From the IMG/VR virus record IMGVR_UViG_3300017780_002571, positions 1 through 64,000 of that record: 64,000 nt of DNA; one strand, 5' to 3'. Below the pieces are notes generated by a model. The model was not told where the DNA came from. It made no database searches and saw only the letters and a list, made by a program, of their open reading frames with translations. Shown piece by piece: positions 1 through 9,443 of this stretch (position 1 is the stretch's first letter; each line of letters begins with the position of its first letter). The translations under genes and the position numbers were made by a program. The stretch is from a virus.

Positions 1-674
1 ACCCAGCCTATGAACTCCCCGAACCGGAACATGACCTCTGCGTGAGTGGCGCACATAAAGGTCGCAGGCAAGGGCCTCTGAACCCCTTCCAACGATAGCT
101 CTTTCTTGATGATGTTATCGGAGCTCACTCCTGACTTCACCTTGCCATGGATCGTCAATCTGTGAAATACGGTCCCTAGATACCCGTCTTGGGCTTCGAC
201 CTTCTCGAACACCACCATTGCACCTCCGGGCTTGAGCTGAGAAAACATCCGATTGAAGGTGATGCGTTGCTGTGTAGGTGGCAGGAACATCAGCACTAGG
301 AAGCAAACTAAGAAGTCATATTCCTTGAACTCAAAAGTCTGAACATCTGCTAGGTGGTTGGTCCCAACCCCATCCCAGACCTTGAACATCTCCGCGCTGA
401 TATCCAGAGACACGGCCTCCACGTTACGGCCTTCAATCTCCGCCTTGAGTGCCCGGGTGATGTTCCCTGTGCTGCTTCCCACATCGTACATTCGACCCCC
501 CTGTGGGAGGTAGTGTCGCCCTACGTGAGTGATGAGCTCTGTGGCCATGTCATACCACGGCAGTTGCTCTCTAACGTGCCTGTCGAAGTTCTCGGCTACC
601 GACTTATCCTTGAACGTCCATTCAGGGGAAATATTGGTGGGGTCTTGGTTCTCATTCGTTGCTTGATGTGACAC
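1..674 (-). CDS. CmoA-like SAM-dependent enzyme (3' end runs off the window; absent from the ORF track)
   Basis: Manual translation from GTG at 674 (RBS AAGGAG): MSHQATNENQDPTNISPEWTFKDKSVAENFDRHVREQLPWYD...YDVGSSTG...CFLVLMFL...LKPGGAMVVFEK...FRFGEFIGW. No stop before base 1. The N-terminus resembles CmoA WTFD..VA..F..M..RSVPGY. Confidence 0.8.
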   Translation of the reverse strand, partial: MSHQATNENQDPTNISPEWTFKDKSVAENFDRHVREQLPWYDMATELITHVGRHYLPQGGRMYDVGSSTGNITRALKAEIEGRNVEAVSLDISAEMFKVWDGVGTNHLADVQTFEFKEYDFLVCFLVLMFLPPTQQRITFNRMFSQLKPGGAMVVFEKVEAQDGYLGTVFHRLTIHGKVKSGVSSDNIIKKELSLEGVQRPLPATFMCATHAEVMFRFGEFIGW

Positions 675-2544
675 TTGTAGCTCCTTTGTCTTGAATAGTA
701 CGGATGTCCGTGGGGATACTGAATAGCGGGATACCTTCAATCATCCAAACCTCTCGCCGCGTGGTGAGGCCGTAGATGACTGAGGCTATGGCGTCGGAGC
801 AGTCCTTGCTCCCGGTTGGCGGGTGGTCGATCTTACCCTTAGAGACGTTACGTTCGAGCTCCGCTAGTTCCTTCTGGGCTATTGGGTGCTCAGGGCAGGA
901 TACTCTTCCATCATAAAGGGCGTTCTTTGTGAGGATGTAGGGGGCTGGGGTAACGTCCGTCGAGATTTTGCCAGTGGTGAAGCCCTGTTGACGCAGTAGC
1001 TGGATACTGTCTACAGACTGAAAGGAGTCGAACGTCACCCACTTGATAGGCACACCTGACGCCCTCAGGGAGTGAATCATCTCCCGGATACGGTGAATCT
1101 TGATTTCGTCTCCCCGTGGTGGTACCACTTGAAGAATGAAGTCAAACACGATATTGGGTAACTTCTCATGCCCACCAGCCACCGAGGTCGGCACGAACTT
1201 GGAAACGTGCCCACAGGCTACCCCGGTGCAGTCCCCGCTGATTGACAAGTCAATATGCACCCAGCGAGGCTTGGTGGGGTTGACTAGGAACTCAGGGCGA
1301 AAATGCAGAGGTATCGAAGCACTGAAGTCGTGCACCCCTAGGGAAAGAATGCTCTTCACCTTCCCGAAGGCCCCGGCTATCTTCTCGGTGTTCAGGATAA
1401 ACGGGTACCTTGAGGAGGTCCCCACCCCTGCGATATCCCGTAGAGACCCAATGATGTCCGTATCGAAGGAACCTTTGTACTCAGTCGGTACGTTCACTAT
1501 GAGGGCCTTGTCCTCATCCTTAATAGCTGCAGCCTGCTCTGCAGTGAGTAGCCTAGGCTTACGAGTGTCGTCCCCGGTGAACACCTGAAACACATCCCCG
1601 CAAAACGTACCCGCTGGCTTGATGTCCCAAACTCGCTTGTCGTAGATGTAGATAGACGGATCGGTAATAGCCTCTTGAAGCTTGATGTCTGTGAACTCGC
1701 CCGGGTAATTCTTGGAGGACACAAGGCACAGGATTCCCGGCATGCCACCACTGTTCACGAAGCGTGACTTAATTCGTCGGCTCACGCCCTCGTAGATCAC
1801 CTTGGCTTGGTCGTACTTCCCATCCCGACCCCTCTTGGACTTCTCGGTGATGGCCATGAAGTTCACCTCGTCAATCAAACCGCCCAGCACGTTCTGGCCG
1901 ATGGACCCGGCATCACTACCGATGGGCTTTGCCTCAATACGATTTGGAAACTTCAAGGAACTCTCGATGTCCTTTCGGAAGGGGAACACCGATGTGAAGT
2001 AGTACGACTGGGCGCAAATCTCCCTGAAGCGACCATAGTCCACATCTCTGGCAGTGCTGGCGTTCAGAGACTGAAAGATAAACAGAATCTCCGATGTCGA
2101 GTCCATGCGAAACATGGCATGGGGATTCTTGTAACACGACAGGAGGTAGAGCTGGTAGGCGTTCGTGTACAGGGCTGTCGTGGTCTTCGCGGACCCAATG
2201 CCTCCCGTACCAACAAACTCGGTGATCGAGTTGGTTACTCGTCCGTGATCCTCATTGATCTTGACCAGCTCATCCACCACTGCGGGGTACAGCTCATTCT
2301 TCGGGCGACGAAGGAACCTATGGCCGAACAGAAACTCATCCACCTTCACGGGGTAGCTATGGAGGGCCAAACCATGGCGCAAAGTTGAGTCGTCGCCGTT
2401 GTCGAACAAGAGCTCCAGCCCTAGGTGGACGAAGGCCCTCAGTTCAGGGTTGGTGACCCTATTTGCGTACTCACGAAGGGCGGCGTAATTCTGGCCCCTA
2501 TGAGGCCCCTCAGAAGCCTCAGGAACACTGTTGATCTGAGGCAC
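652..2544 (-). CDS. terL: Terminase large subunit
   Basis: Walker A GGIGSAKTT, Walker B LIDEVN, RNase H-like nuclease motifs HIDLS..GD and KIDHP..GSKDCSDA. Confidence 0.92.
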   Translation of the reverse strand: MPQINSVPEASEGPHRGQNYAALREYANRVTNPELRAFVHLGLELLFDNGDDSTLRHGLALHSYPVKVDEFLFGHRFLRRPKNELYPAVVDELVKINEDHGRVTNSITEFVGTGGIGSAKTTTALYTNAYQLYLLSCYKNPHAMFRMDSTSEILFIFQSLNASTARDVDYGRFREICAQSYYFTSVFPFRKDIESSLKFPNRIEAKPIGSDAGSIGQNVLGGLIDEVNFMAITEKSKRGRDGKYDQAKVIYEGVSRRIKSRFVNSGGMPGILCLVSSKNYPGEFTDIKLQEAITDPSIYIYDKRVWDIKPAGTFCGDVFQVFTGDDTRKPRLLTAEQAAAIKDEDKALIVNVPTEYKGSFDTDIIGSLRDIAGVGTSSRYPFILNTEKIAGAFGKVKSILSLGVHDFSASIPLHFRPEFLVNPTKPRWVHIDLSISGDCTGVACGHVSKFVPTSVAGGHEKLPNIVFDFILQVVPPRGDEIKIHRIREMIHSLRASGVPIKWVTFDSFQSVDSIQLLRQQGFTTGKISTDVTPAPYILTKNALYDGRVSCPEHPIAQKELAELERNVSKGKIDHPPTGSKDCSDAIASVIYGLTTRREVWMIEGIPLFSIPTDIRTIQDKGATSVTSSNE

Positions 2545-2546
2545 GA

Positions 2547-3419
2547 CTACTCAGCCCTCGGGGCGGCGGACCCTTGCGTTGTAGACCCCGGGAGCTGTAA
2601 CGGGACATGGCCCTTGGCAGCGGTAACCACCATGCTCATGAAGGACTCCAAATCATTCTCATCAGAGAACGTACCTTGACGCCCGGTATTGATGGCATGG
2701 AATGGATCGGTTGCAGCGACCACCTTGAACAGACCCACCCGGTGGAAGAACTCGTGCTTAGCCCGTTCAGCGTCAATCGCCGCACGCAGTGCAGACATCT
2801 TCACACTGTTGGACTTCTCCTCGGTATCGGAGGCGAGGCGCAGAGCCATGTTCCTGCACTCGTCGTAGAAGGCCACTGATTGGCCGATGTACAACGTGTA
2901 GTCCATCCCTTGCATCTCTTGACGCATCTCTTGGGTGATGATCCTTGCATCCATGTGGATCGTCTCTACGTTGACCCCCAGATGATTGGCGATGGTGATA
3001 CGAGGCACTCCCCGCAGTAGTAGCCTGTGCACCTGCTTACGGCGAAACTCTGCGCCGTCAGATGTCGCCCTTAGACGGTGACCCGAGCGGTCTTCTGGTG
3101 GCAGGTACATCGAATCAGGGTCTGTTGGTAGGAGACCACTATCTCCCAAGATCGCGTCCATGGAGCCTTCAGAGAAGGAGTCAGCACCCTTTGCCCCCTT
3201 GGAACCTTTACCCAATGGGTTCATCAACTTGGTGAACTTCTTCTTCACCTTTGGCGTAACTGGGGGCGTACCTGTAGCCTTCGAGGCCCCCGCAGAAATT
3301 GGAAGTTCTTCAGAATCAGGCAGGACTACCTTGGAGGGGTCTAGGCCCACCTTAGAAGGCTTAGGCCCCTTAGCTTCTATCGTTGCTTTTTCTGGCTTTT
3401 GCTTAATGGTTATTGACAT
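2547..3419 (-). CDS. Probable terminase small subunit (HTH)
   Basis: Immediately upstream of terL; HTH-like segment RRKQVHRLLLRGVPRITIANHLGVNVETIHMD followed by helical region. Confidence 0.7.
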   Translation of the reverse strand: MSITIKQKPEKATIEAKGPKPSKVGLDPSKVVLPDSEELPISAGASKATGTPPVTPKVKKKFTKLMNPLGKGSKGAKGADSFSEGSMDAILGDSGLLPTDPDSMYLPPEDRSGHRLRATSDGAEFRRKQVHRLLLRGVPRITIANHLGVNVETIHMDARIITQEMRQEMQGMDYTLYIGQSVAFYDECRNMALRLASDTEEKSNSVKMSALRAAIDAERAKHEFFHRVGLFKVVAATDPFHAINTGRQGTFSDENDLESFMSMVVTAAKGHVPLQLPGSTTQGSAAPRAE

Positions 3420-3551
3420 ATCACATCTCTCTCATGGTATTCGAGGCCTCGGCAGTACCTTGGCTGAGGAGGTTATATCACAGAGCCCTAGCCCCCAACA
3501 AGCTTTAGAGCACTTGGAATAAAGTTTGACCTTACACCCCAAGGATTAGAG

Positions 3552-5093
3552 CTACAGAGGCACCCCTAAATATTCGGAGAATATCTCTATGGCTTTGTCC
3601 TTCAGTCCCATGGTTGATCCGTCCTCATAGGGTAGATCGAACTCCAACTCCAAGGCCTCCCGCAACATCTGGGGATTAGCTCTCCGGGGCATAGTTGCCT
3701 TAACGTACAGGTTTTGCTCAACTATGGCCAGCTCTACCTTGCTAAAGAACATGCTCACCATCCGAAACAGCTCTTCTGGCTCGAAGAACTTCTGAGCTTT
3801 GAAGAACTTATTGTTGTTCCCCAGAGTCATGTTCTTCTCCACCCCGTTCATACGCATTTGATGACTTAGACCTGTCCCCTTCAGCACTTTGGTGGATTGG
3901 GTCCCGATATACAAGGTGGTAGTCATCCTTGACATGGCCCCGAGAATGCACAGGTAGGCCATTCGGTCTTCATGGTGAGGGATGGAGTTCAATACGAAAC
4001 TGGATATGAGGGAAGTCGGCCCCGACAATTTCACTGATTTGAACTTATCCAGAAAATCTGAGTTCAGCTTCCGACTGGCTTCGGGGTTGGGTACTGACTC
4101 TCCCGGAGGTGAGTAGTATGGTTCAAACGGGGTGCAGTCTAGTCCCGCCGATTTCATCAGGTTGGAGTCATGAAGAGTCCCGGCCCCCATATCGAATATG
4201 GTAGCCCCGTATTCGTCCTTGAACTTCTTGAAGGTTGCCTTGGAATACGTGGGGAGCAGCTTGAGGTCCAAGTTACCCTCTTCATGCCACTTCCCTCTGG
4301 TGTTGCTCAAGGCACGAGCATAGACGAAGTATCCGAATGTCCGTGACAACCCCACGATTTGCGACTGCACCGCCTTTCGACGGAATGCGTTGTACCTCAG
4401 CTCCTGCTTGAAGTTGCTTTGGATGTCGAAGTCCATGGCTAAGAAGTTCAAGGCTAGGTAGGCATACCCGGCTTTACCCTCGGGAATCTCCACCACATCC
4501 ACCGACTCTTGCTGCCGGGTGTAGTACCCAGCAAGTCGCCCCAACCCGTTGATGATCTTTCCGCCGCTCATGACGATTGGCATGGAGACATTGGCCCTGT
4601 GAAGTTGGCTCCCAGCATTGCGAAGAGAGTCCCCCACCCCCGATATGAAAGGTAAGAGGTCTCGGATGGGCAGACGAGACACATCCATGCAAGGGTAGTG
4701 AGTGTTGGGCTCAATGGGGGTCAGACCATCCGTTGCAGATTCGGCCCTGTTGATGTACCCGTCGAAGGACTCCCGAGCGGATTCTGAGAACGTGTCCAGA
4801 TCATTGGTGGCTTTGTTGAACACCAAGTTCAAACCACGCTCCTCCGCCTCACTTGGGGAAAGGTAGACCACAGGAACGTGGGTGTACCCAAGGATACGAG
4901 CCGCCGTGATGCGCTGGTGCCCAGACAGCAAGCGATTGTCCTTAGTGGCGTAAAGGGGGAGGAGGAACCCTAGATAGGTCAGGCTCATTTTGACCTGCTC
5001 TAGGCGCTCTGGGATGACCTTCCGAGGGTTGTAGTCGGCCCCAATCAGGGTAGCCACTGAGACGAGGACTGGAGGCTGGGTGGGGGTCGCCAT
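3552..5093 (-). CDS. Tandem ParB/Srx-like domains fused to a SAM-dependent methyltransferase-like domain
   Basis: YNPR...LLSGHQR (ParB 1), PIV...IINGLGR (ParB 2), FDMGAG SAM-binding motif, SFVLNSIP motif-IV-like. Confidence 0.75.
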   Translation of the reverse strand: MATPTQPPVLVSVATLIGADYNPRKVIPERLEQVKMSLTYLGFLLPLYATKDNRLLSGHQRITAARILGYTHVPVVYLSPSEAEERGLNLVFNKATNDLDTFSESARESFDGYINRAESATDGLTPIEPNTHYPCMDVSRLPIRDLLPFISGVGDSLRNAGSQLHRANVSMPIVMSGGKIINGLGRLAGYYTRQQESVDVVEIPEGKAGYAYLALNFLAMDFDIQSNFKQELRYNAFRRKAVQSQIVGLSRTFGYFVYARALSNTRGKWHEEGNLDLKLLPTYSKATFKKFKDEYGATIFDMGAGTLHDSNLMKSAGLDCTPFEPYYSPPGESVPNPEASRKLNSDFLDKFKSVKLSGPTSLISSFVLNSIPHHEDRMAYLCILGAMSRMTTTLYIGTQSTKVLKGTGLSHQMRMNGVEKNMTLGNNNKFFKAQKFFEPEELFRMVSMFFSKVELAIVEQNLYVKATMPRRANPQMLREALELEFDLPYEDGSTMGLKDKAIEIFSEYLGVPL

Positions 5094-5098
5094 TGGAG

Positions 5099-5890
5099 TT
5101 ACTCCGCGACCAATTCAACATCCATACCGTTGAGGGCGGCAGGGGTGAACATAAGGGCTTCACGGACGAAATCCACGACCTCCTTTGAAGTGCCGAACTT
5201 ATTCAACATCAGCGTCTCCCAAGCCAGATATACCTCCATGGTGACCCGCAACTTGTAGCTTCCAACCGAGATAAGAACGGTCAGGGCCTCCTTAGTGGAG
5301 ACCTCTACAATAGACCCACACACCCCCTCATAGGTCAAGTCACTCAGGCAGTCGGCGGTCACTTCGCCGCACAGGCAATCTAACTCAGCCTTGGTGAACC
5401 CAGTCATGTCCAGCGAGAACCCCATGTTCTGGATGTACTTCAACTCGGTTGCTAACTTGCCCTCATCCCACTTGGCATTCTCGCTGAGTCGGTTGTCGGC
5501 CAATCGAAATGCGGCCACTTGAGCTTCATTGAGATGGGACGCGACAATTACGGGGACCGACTTGAGACCCAGCTCAATAGCTGCCAGTCTCCGAGTGTGC
5601 CCGGTAACGATAACCATGTTGGCATCGACAATGATGGGCACATTGAACCCAAACTCCTTGATGGAGTTCCGCACCCCGGCAACTGCCTCCTGATTCAGAC
5701 GAGGGTTGTTCTCATAGGGGATGATGGAGTCAATCCCAATGTACATGATCTGCGCAGTAGTCCCCGCCTCTGGGGCGGCCGGAAGAGCCTTAGCCTCCTT
5801 AGTCGCCTTGGGCAGCTTAGGGCCGGGGGCGGCTTTCGCAGACTTGGTGGCAGGGGCGGCTTGAGTCTTTTTGATGGTCACTTTGGTCAT
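5099..5890 (-). CDS. ParB/Srx-like N-terminal domain protein
   Basis: IIPYENNPR...SIKEFGFNVPIIVD...IVTGHTR...RLADNR, typical of ParB domains on phage DNA methylases. Confidence 0.85.
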   Translation of the reverse strand: MTKVTIKKTQAAPATKSAKAAPGPKLPKATKEAKALPAAPEAGTTAQIMYIGIDSIIPYENNPRLNQEAVAGVRNSIKEFGFNVPIIVDANMVIVTGHTRRLAAIELGLKSVPVIVASHLNEAQVAAFRLADNRLSENAKWDEGKLATELKYIQNMGFSLDMTGFTKAELDCLCGEVTADCLSDLTYEGVCGSIVEVSTKEALTVLISVGSYKLRVTMEVYLAWETLMLNKFGTSKEVVDFVREALMFTPAALNGMDVELVAE

Positions 5891-7107
5891 TTCACTTCCT
5901 TAAAAATTCTAGTGGAGGTTTCGCGGATATTGGCGTCTTGGAGGACTGGATTCTTCAAACGAACAGTCCCGATACCAGACCCAGTGTAGAACCCGATTTT
6001 ACGGGTGTCGTGCCATGCCCCGTTATCTATGTACTGGTCTAGCAGTTGCCAGTACAAATGCTTAGGCTGCCCGACTGGCAACAACCGCATGGGTAGCCAG
6101 AATAGAAAGCCTTGGATCAAGGGGTGATTAAACAGGGTAGCCCACTGCATCCCATTACAGGTGGAGAGTGCGTCCAGCCATAGAGTGTTGTTGGTGATAT
6201 GCGTACACTTCTTGATTCGATGGGTTGACCATGCGGCATCCGTTCGAGTCGGACTTCCCACTGGGAACTCTCTATTGAAGTCGGGATAGATGTACGTGTC
6301 ATTCCCCACCAACATATCTGCAAAGTACCCGTGAAACACCAAAGTGAACCCTTGCTGCTTAATCACCCGGAGAGCAAGAGCAGTACAGCACGCCATCAGG
6401 ACATTTGAGAAGTCCCGAAGCTCGGCCATGAGCAGGGCCTCTTCAAGCATCTTCTGTAATTCAAAGTCATGGGAGGGGATTTGGACAAACTCGTACTCCA
6501 CTCCCAGTATGGAAGCATACCGCTCAGCATGAGAGGGGTCGTAAACCTCCCGAGAAGTCCCCACGGAAAAGGCCTTAACCTCGTAGCCAGCGGCCTTGAG
6601 GGCAAGGACGGTCATGGTGGAATCAGTCCCGCCCGACAGCAAAACAGCCGCCTTCTTGGTGCCGTACACGGTGGCCAAGTCCTCAGCAGCCTCAATCAGA
6701 AAAGACTCTAATTCGTCAGCGCACTCGGCCATGGTCTCCGGGTGATCGGTGGGGGTGGTGAGCCACGAGGCCTTGGGGTACGAATACCGCTTGAGGTCCG
6801 ACCCAGAGAACACGTAGACCACTCCGGCCTCGCATTGCTTGGCAGTGGTCTTTGCCTTCTGAGCCACTTCAAACTTGGAAGTCCCAACCGTAACTGTTCC
6901 ATTGGATATGGCGTAGTAGAGACTAAACAGGCCAGTATGGGAAAACCCCCAATAACTTCGCACCCGGCCTGCGTGGATGATAAGGGCCGGAGCTCCGGTT
7001 GGAACCTCCACACCTCCACCGAGGTGGCCAGTCCCGGTTGGGGTGGCTTGCGTCCTTACCTTATCAAAGGTCCTGCCGCCATGCGTCCAGTGTTCTAACA
7101 GTCTCAT
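5887..7107 (-). CDS. Asparagine-synthetase-like ATP-dependent amide ligase
   Basis: PP-loop LLSGGTDS and GYFADMLVG (ASN-B G.GADELFGG-like). Start ATG 7107 overlaps the upstream stop (ATGA). No N-terminal Cys. Confidence 0.8.
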   Translation of the reverse strand: MRLLEHWTHGGRTFDKVRTQATPTGTGHLGGGVEVPTGAPALIIHAGRVRSYWGFSHTGLFSLYYAISNGTVTVGTSKFEVAQKAKTTAKQCEAGVVYVFSGSDLKRYSYPKASWLTTPTDHPETMAECADELESFLIEAAEDLATVYGTKKAAVLLSGGTDSTMTVLALKAAGYEVKAFSVGTSREVYDPSHAERYASILGVEYEFVQIPSHDFELQKMLEEALLMAELRDFSNVLMACCTALALRVIKQQGFTLVFHGYFADMLVGNDTYIYPDFNREFPVGSPTRTDAAWSTHRIKKCTHITNNTLWLDALSTCNGMQWATLFNHPLIQGFLFWLPMRLLPVGQPKHLYWQLLDQYIDNGAWHDTRKIGFYTGSGIGTVRLKNPVLQDANIRETSTRIFKEVK

Positions 7108-7622
7108 GATGGTACAACCTCTCCGTCCTTGATGATGTATGGGAATGGCTGATACGCCACGAACCCCTCTGCGCTCTTTACCATTACAGCGATTGATCCG
7201 GGATTTAGCTTCTCCCACTCGAATGCCATACGTTGGACCCAGAGGGCGCGATCCTTTAGAAGCTCATAGGGGATCGGGCACTTTGTGTTGGAGGCCACGA
7301 TAAACTCTGTAACCTCCATGTTGGAAGGCCACAGGGGGTAGAACTGACAATCCAACGGTTTCAAGTCTTTACCGTCACAGAGTCTAGTGCAATTAACTGC
7401 AATTACACCATCCTTAGCTACGGGGTTTAAGTGGTCAGTTTTGAGGTCGAGGGATTTAGCCCGGTCCATCTCGCCGGGTAACAAGGAAATCCAGTTACCT
7501 AGGGCTCCGAACTTGCAACAAGCGAATCCACACAAATGGGTCCGAGACGAGCAGGCCTCGAACACTCCGTCCTCCCCCTCTACAACTCCTGTGCCAGTTA
7601 CAATTTTTATTGGAAATGTCAT
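7104..7622 (-). CDS. YkgJ-like Cys-cluster (Zn/Fe-S) protein
   Basis: C....CGFACC ... C...C......KPLDCQFYP pattern. Confidence 0.7.
   Translation of the reverse strand: MTFPIKIVTGTGVVEGEDGVFEACSSRTHLCGFACCKFGALGNWISLLPGEMDRAKSLDLKTDHLNPVAKDGVIAVNCTRLCDGKDLKPLDCQFYPLWPSNMEVTEFIVASNTKCPIPYELLKDRALWVQRMAFEWEKLNPGSIAVMVKSAEGFVAYQPFPYIIKDGEVVPS
7387..7402. repeat. 16-bp palindromic site
   Basis: GTGCAATTAACTGCAA, in CDS. Confidence 0.8.
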
Positions 7623-7629
7623 GATGGTC

Positions 7630-8490
7630 CTAATACATTTTTCCGCCAGTGAATGATGGGGCGAATTTGGGTCGTTTGGCTGGTGGCAAGGTAGGGTAAT
7701 CTTTCATCCAATACTTCTCCCCCATATAGGTTCGCTTGTTGGAATGATTGTCCCCCTTCCCCTGCTGGCACCACTCGACCCACACTCTGCGAGGTCGAGG
7801 GGCTATCGAAATGCAATACACATTGGACTTGTCCCATTGCATTAAGAGGTCAATATCTAAGTTTAACATCACCCAAGACGCAAACTCAGAGCGACTTACT
7901 TCGCCGTCCTCCACCGCATACGGGAGGATATCTATCCGAGCATAGACCTTTTGGCCGTAGGTCCCACGGTCCCAGTTGTGGGGAGAGGATTTGGTTGGGC
8001 CGATGTCTGGCCAACGGCTGGACATTATCTCCCTTGAGGAGTACCCGTAGGTTATGGCAAAGGAGCCAAATTGCTCCAAAATGGGCTCACAGACCTTTTC
8101 GCACAACTCCCGAGCAGACCGCTCGACCATCTCAGGGTGCTCGGGAATGTTGGGAATCCCCATGACTGAGCCGTAGGCGTGGAACATGAAGTCTCGCAGC
8201 ATGAGGTTCTTAGACACCCGAGTCCTAAGCCACTGGTCATAGTTCTCGATCAAATATTGGACTTCATTAGGGTTGTAGTCTCCACGCAAACGCATGAACT
8301 CATGGGCCGGATTCAACACTGGAAAGCAAGCCTCAGGATTCGCAGCCATGGCTTCCTTTACGTGCTTGCATGGGCCTTTAGCGTACTTAAACATCGGGCA
8401 AGTACAAGTGGCCTTGGAAAGATCAACCGTATAGAACACCCCCGGACTCGCTGCACTCTCCACCTGAACAATCACCTCTGAATTTGTCAT
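7630..8490 (-). CDS. SWIM zinc finger fused to peptidase M15-like domain
   Basis: YTVD.....CTCP.F.....PCKH (SWIM); RVSKNLMLRDF..NIP...LCEKVCEPI...FG...ITYGY..S.H...D (M15-like). Confidence 0.65.
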   Translation of the reverse strand: MTNSEVIVQVESAASPGVFYTVDLSKATCTCPMFKYAKGPCKHVKEAMAANPEACFPVLNPAHEFMRLRGDYNPNEVQYLIENYDQWLRTRVSKNLMLRDFMFHAYGSVMGIPNIPEHPEMVERSARELCEKVCEPILEQFGSFAITYGYSSREIMSSRWPDIGPTKSSPHNWDRGTYGQKVYARIDILPYAVEDGEVSRSEFASWVMLNLDIDLLMQWDKSNVYCISIAPRPRRVWVEWCQQGKGDNHSNKRTYMGEKYWMKDYPTLPPAKRPKFAPSFTGGKMY

Positions 8491-8512
8491 CCTCAATTTC
8501 TCCTTAATTTGT

Positions 8513-8540
8513 ATTATATCAGGGTTTTACCGTTTGGCAA
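8513..8540 (-). promoter_or_regulatory. Sigma70-like promoter
   Basis: TTGCCA-16-TATAAT with TGn extended -10, upstream of an AAGGAG RBS. Confidence 0.75.
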
Positions 8541-8562
8541 ATAATTTCAACCCCTTGCCTCT

Positions 8563-8997
8563 TTACTCTTCCGGTAGACTCCAAGCCTCGTGGTACACAT
8601 TTAGGAGCTTAGCCGCTTGGATAGCTTGTAGGTACGAGTTGGTCCCTGAGGTGGGTGTCCCTAGCACGTACTTCAGTTTCTTCCACTCACCCGCCTTATC
8701 TGGTTTCTTCAGATCATTCATCAGGTCGTAGGTTGGTGGGATATGGGATATGAACGCATCTAGTCCAAAGGCTGGTATTGGCTCTAGATAGGAATGAGGG
8801 ACTCTCCATACCTTCATACAGTGAGGACAGGAGTACTCTCGCATCTTTAGGAGTACATCCTCTTTCACATCTAGGTCAGGGTGCTCCCAACGTACTGGAG
8901 AGTCTGGGTCATACTTTGGACTAGTGAGGTACTCTGTACAGAGCTCTACTAGATCACTTGAACCTACTGCTTTTGGGGATGTCTTTTTGATAATCAT
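8563..8997 (-). CDS. Hypothetical protein (CPHC knuckle)
   Basis: ORF with GGAG RBS, fits operon spacing. Confidence 0.65.
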   Translation of the reverse strand: MIIKKTSPKAVGSSDLVELCTEYLTSPKYDPDSPVRWEHPDLDVKEDVLLKMREYSCPHCMKVWRVPHSYLEPIPAFGLDAFISHIPPTYDLMNDLKKPDKAGEWKKLKYVLGTPTSGTNSYLQAIQAAKLLNVYHEAWSLPEE

Positions 8998-9021
8998 GGT
9001 GATAGTTCTCCCAAAAATTTA

Positions 9022-9037
9022 GTGCTGTTAATTGCAC
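9022..9037. repeat. 16-bp palindromic site
   Basis: GTGCTGTTAATTGCAC, intergenic. Confidence 0.75.
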
Positions 9038-9197
9038 TACCAGTGCTTGCCTAGTCGAACCCGTCTCTTACCTCTTAGGCGCTCCCCAACTTCTTGAAGC
9101 ATCCCAGCAATGAACCCGGGAGCTAGGAGGACGTGGAAGAGGATTCGGGCTATCCGTAGGAGTACCCGATCCAGTAGGGTGCGCTTCTGTGTCATGG

Positions 9198-9443
9198 TCA
9201 CTTCCAGTAGTAGTCCCGGGTGCCGGGGAGGTTTCGATACGATCCAGTTCCCGGCGTAACAAGCCCCATGTGACTTCCCAACACATAGACTGGAGGTGGG
9301 AGTCCGTGCTCGTCTGCTGCAACTTTCTGCTCAGCCCCGTTTAAAGGCCCCCCTTTGAATTGGCATGGTAGGAGTAGGTGCGTGCGCTTTTGAGGCCGTG
9401 TAGGGGCTCTGGTGACTTTGTAGGGTGTATCTTGGGCGGTCAT
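9198..9443 (-). CDS. Hypothetical protein
   Basis: ATGA-coupled to the upstream ORF; F.GGPLNG motif common in small phage proteins. Confidence 0.6.
   Translation of the reverse strand: MTAQDTPYKVTRAPTRPQKRTHLLLPCQFKGGPLNGAEQKVAADEHGLPPPVYVLGSHMGLVTPGTGSYRNLPGTRDYYWK

Noticed and set aside
354-671. Plus-strand 105-aa ORF
   Set aside because: It is the antisense shadow of the CmoA-like gene on the minus strand
3552-5890. Classical ParABS partition system
   Set aside because: No ParA in the window, and these ParB domains resemble modification-associated ones without an obvious HTH; kept only as a hypothesis for the palindromes
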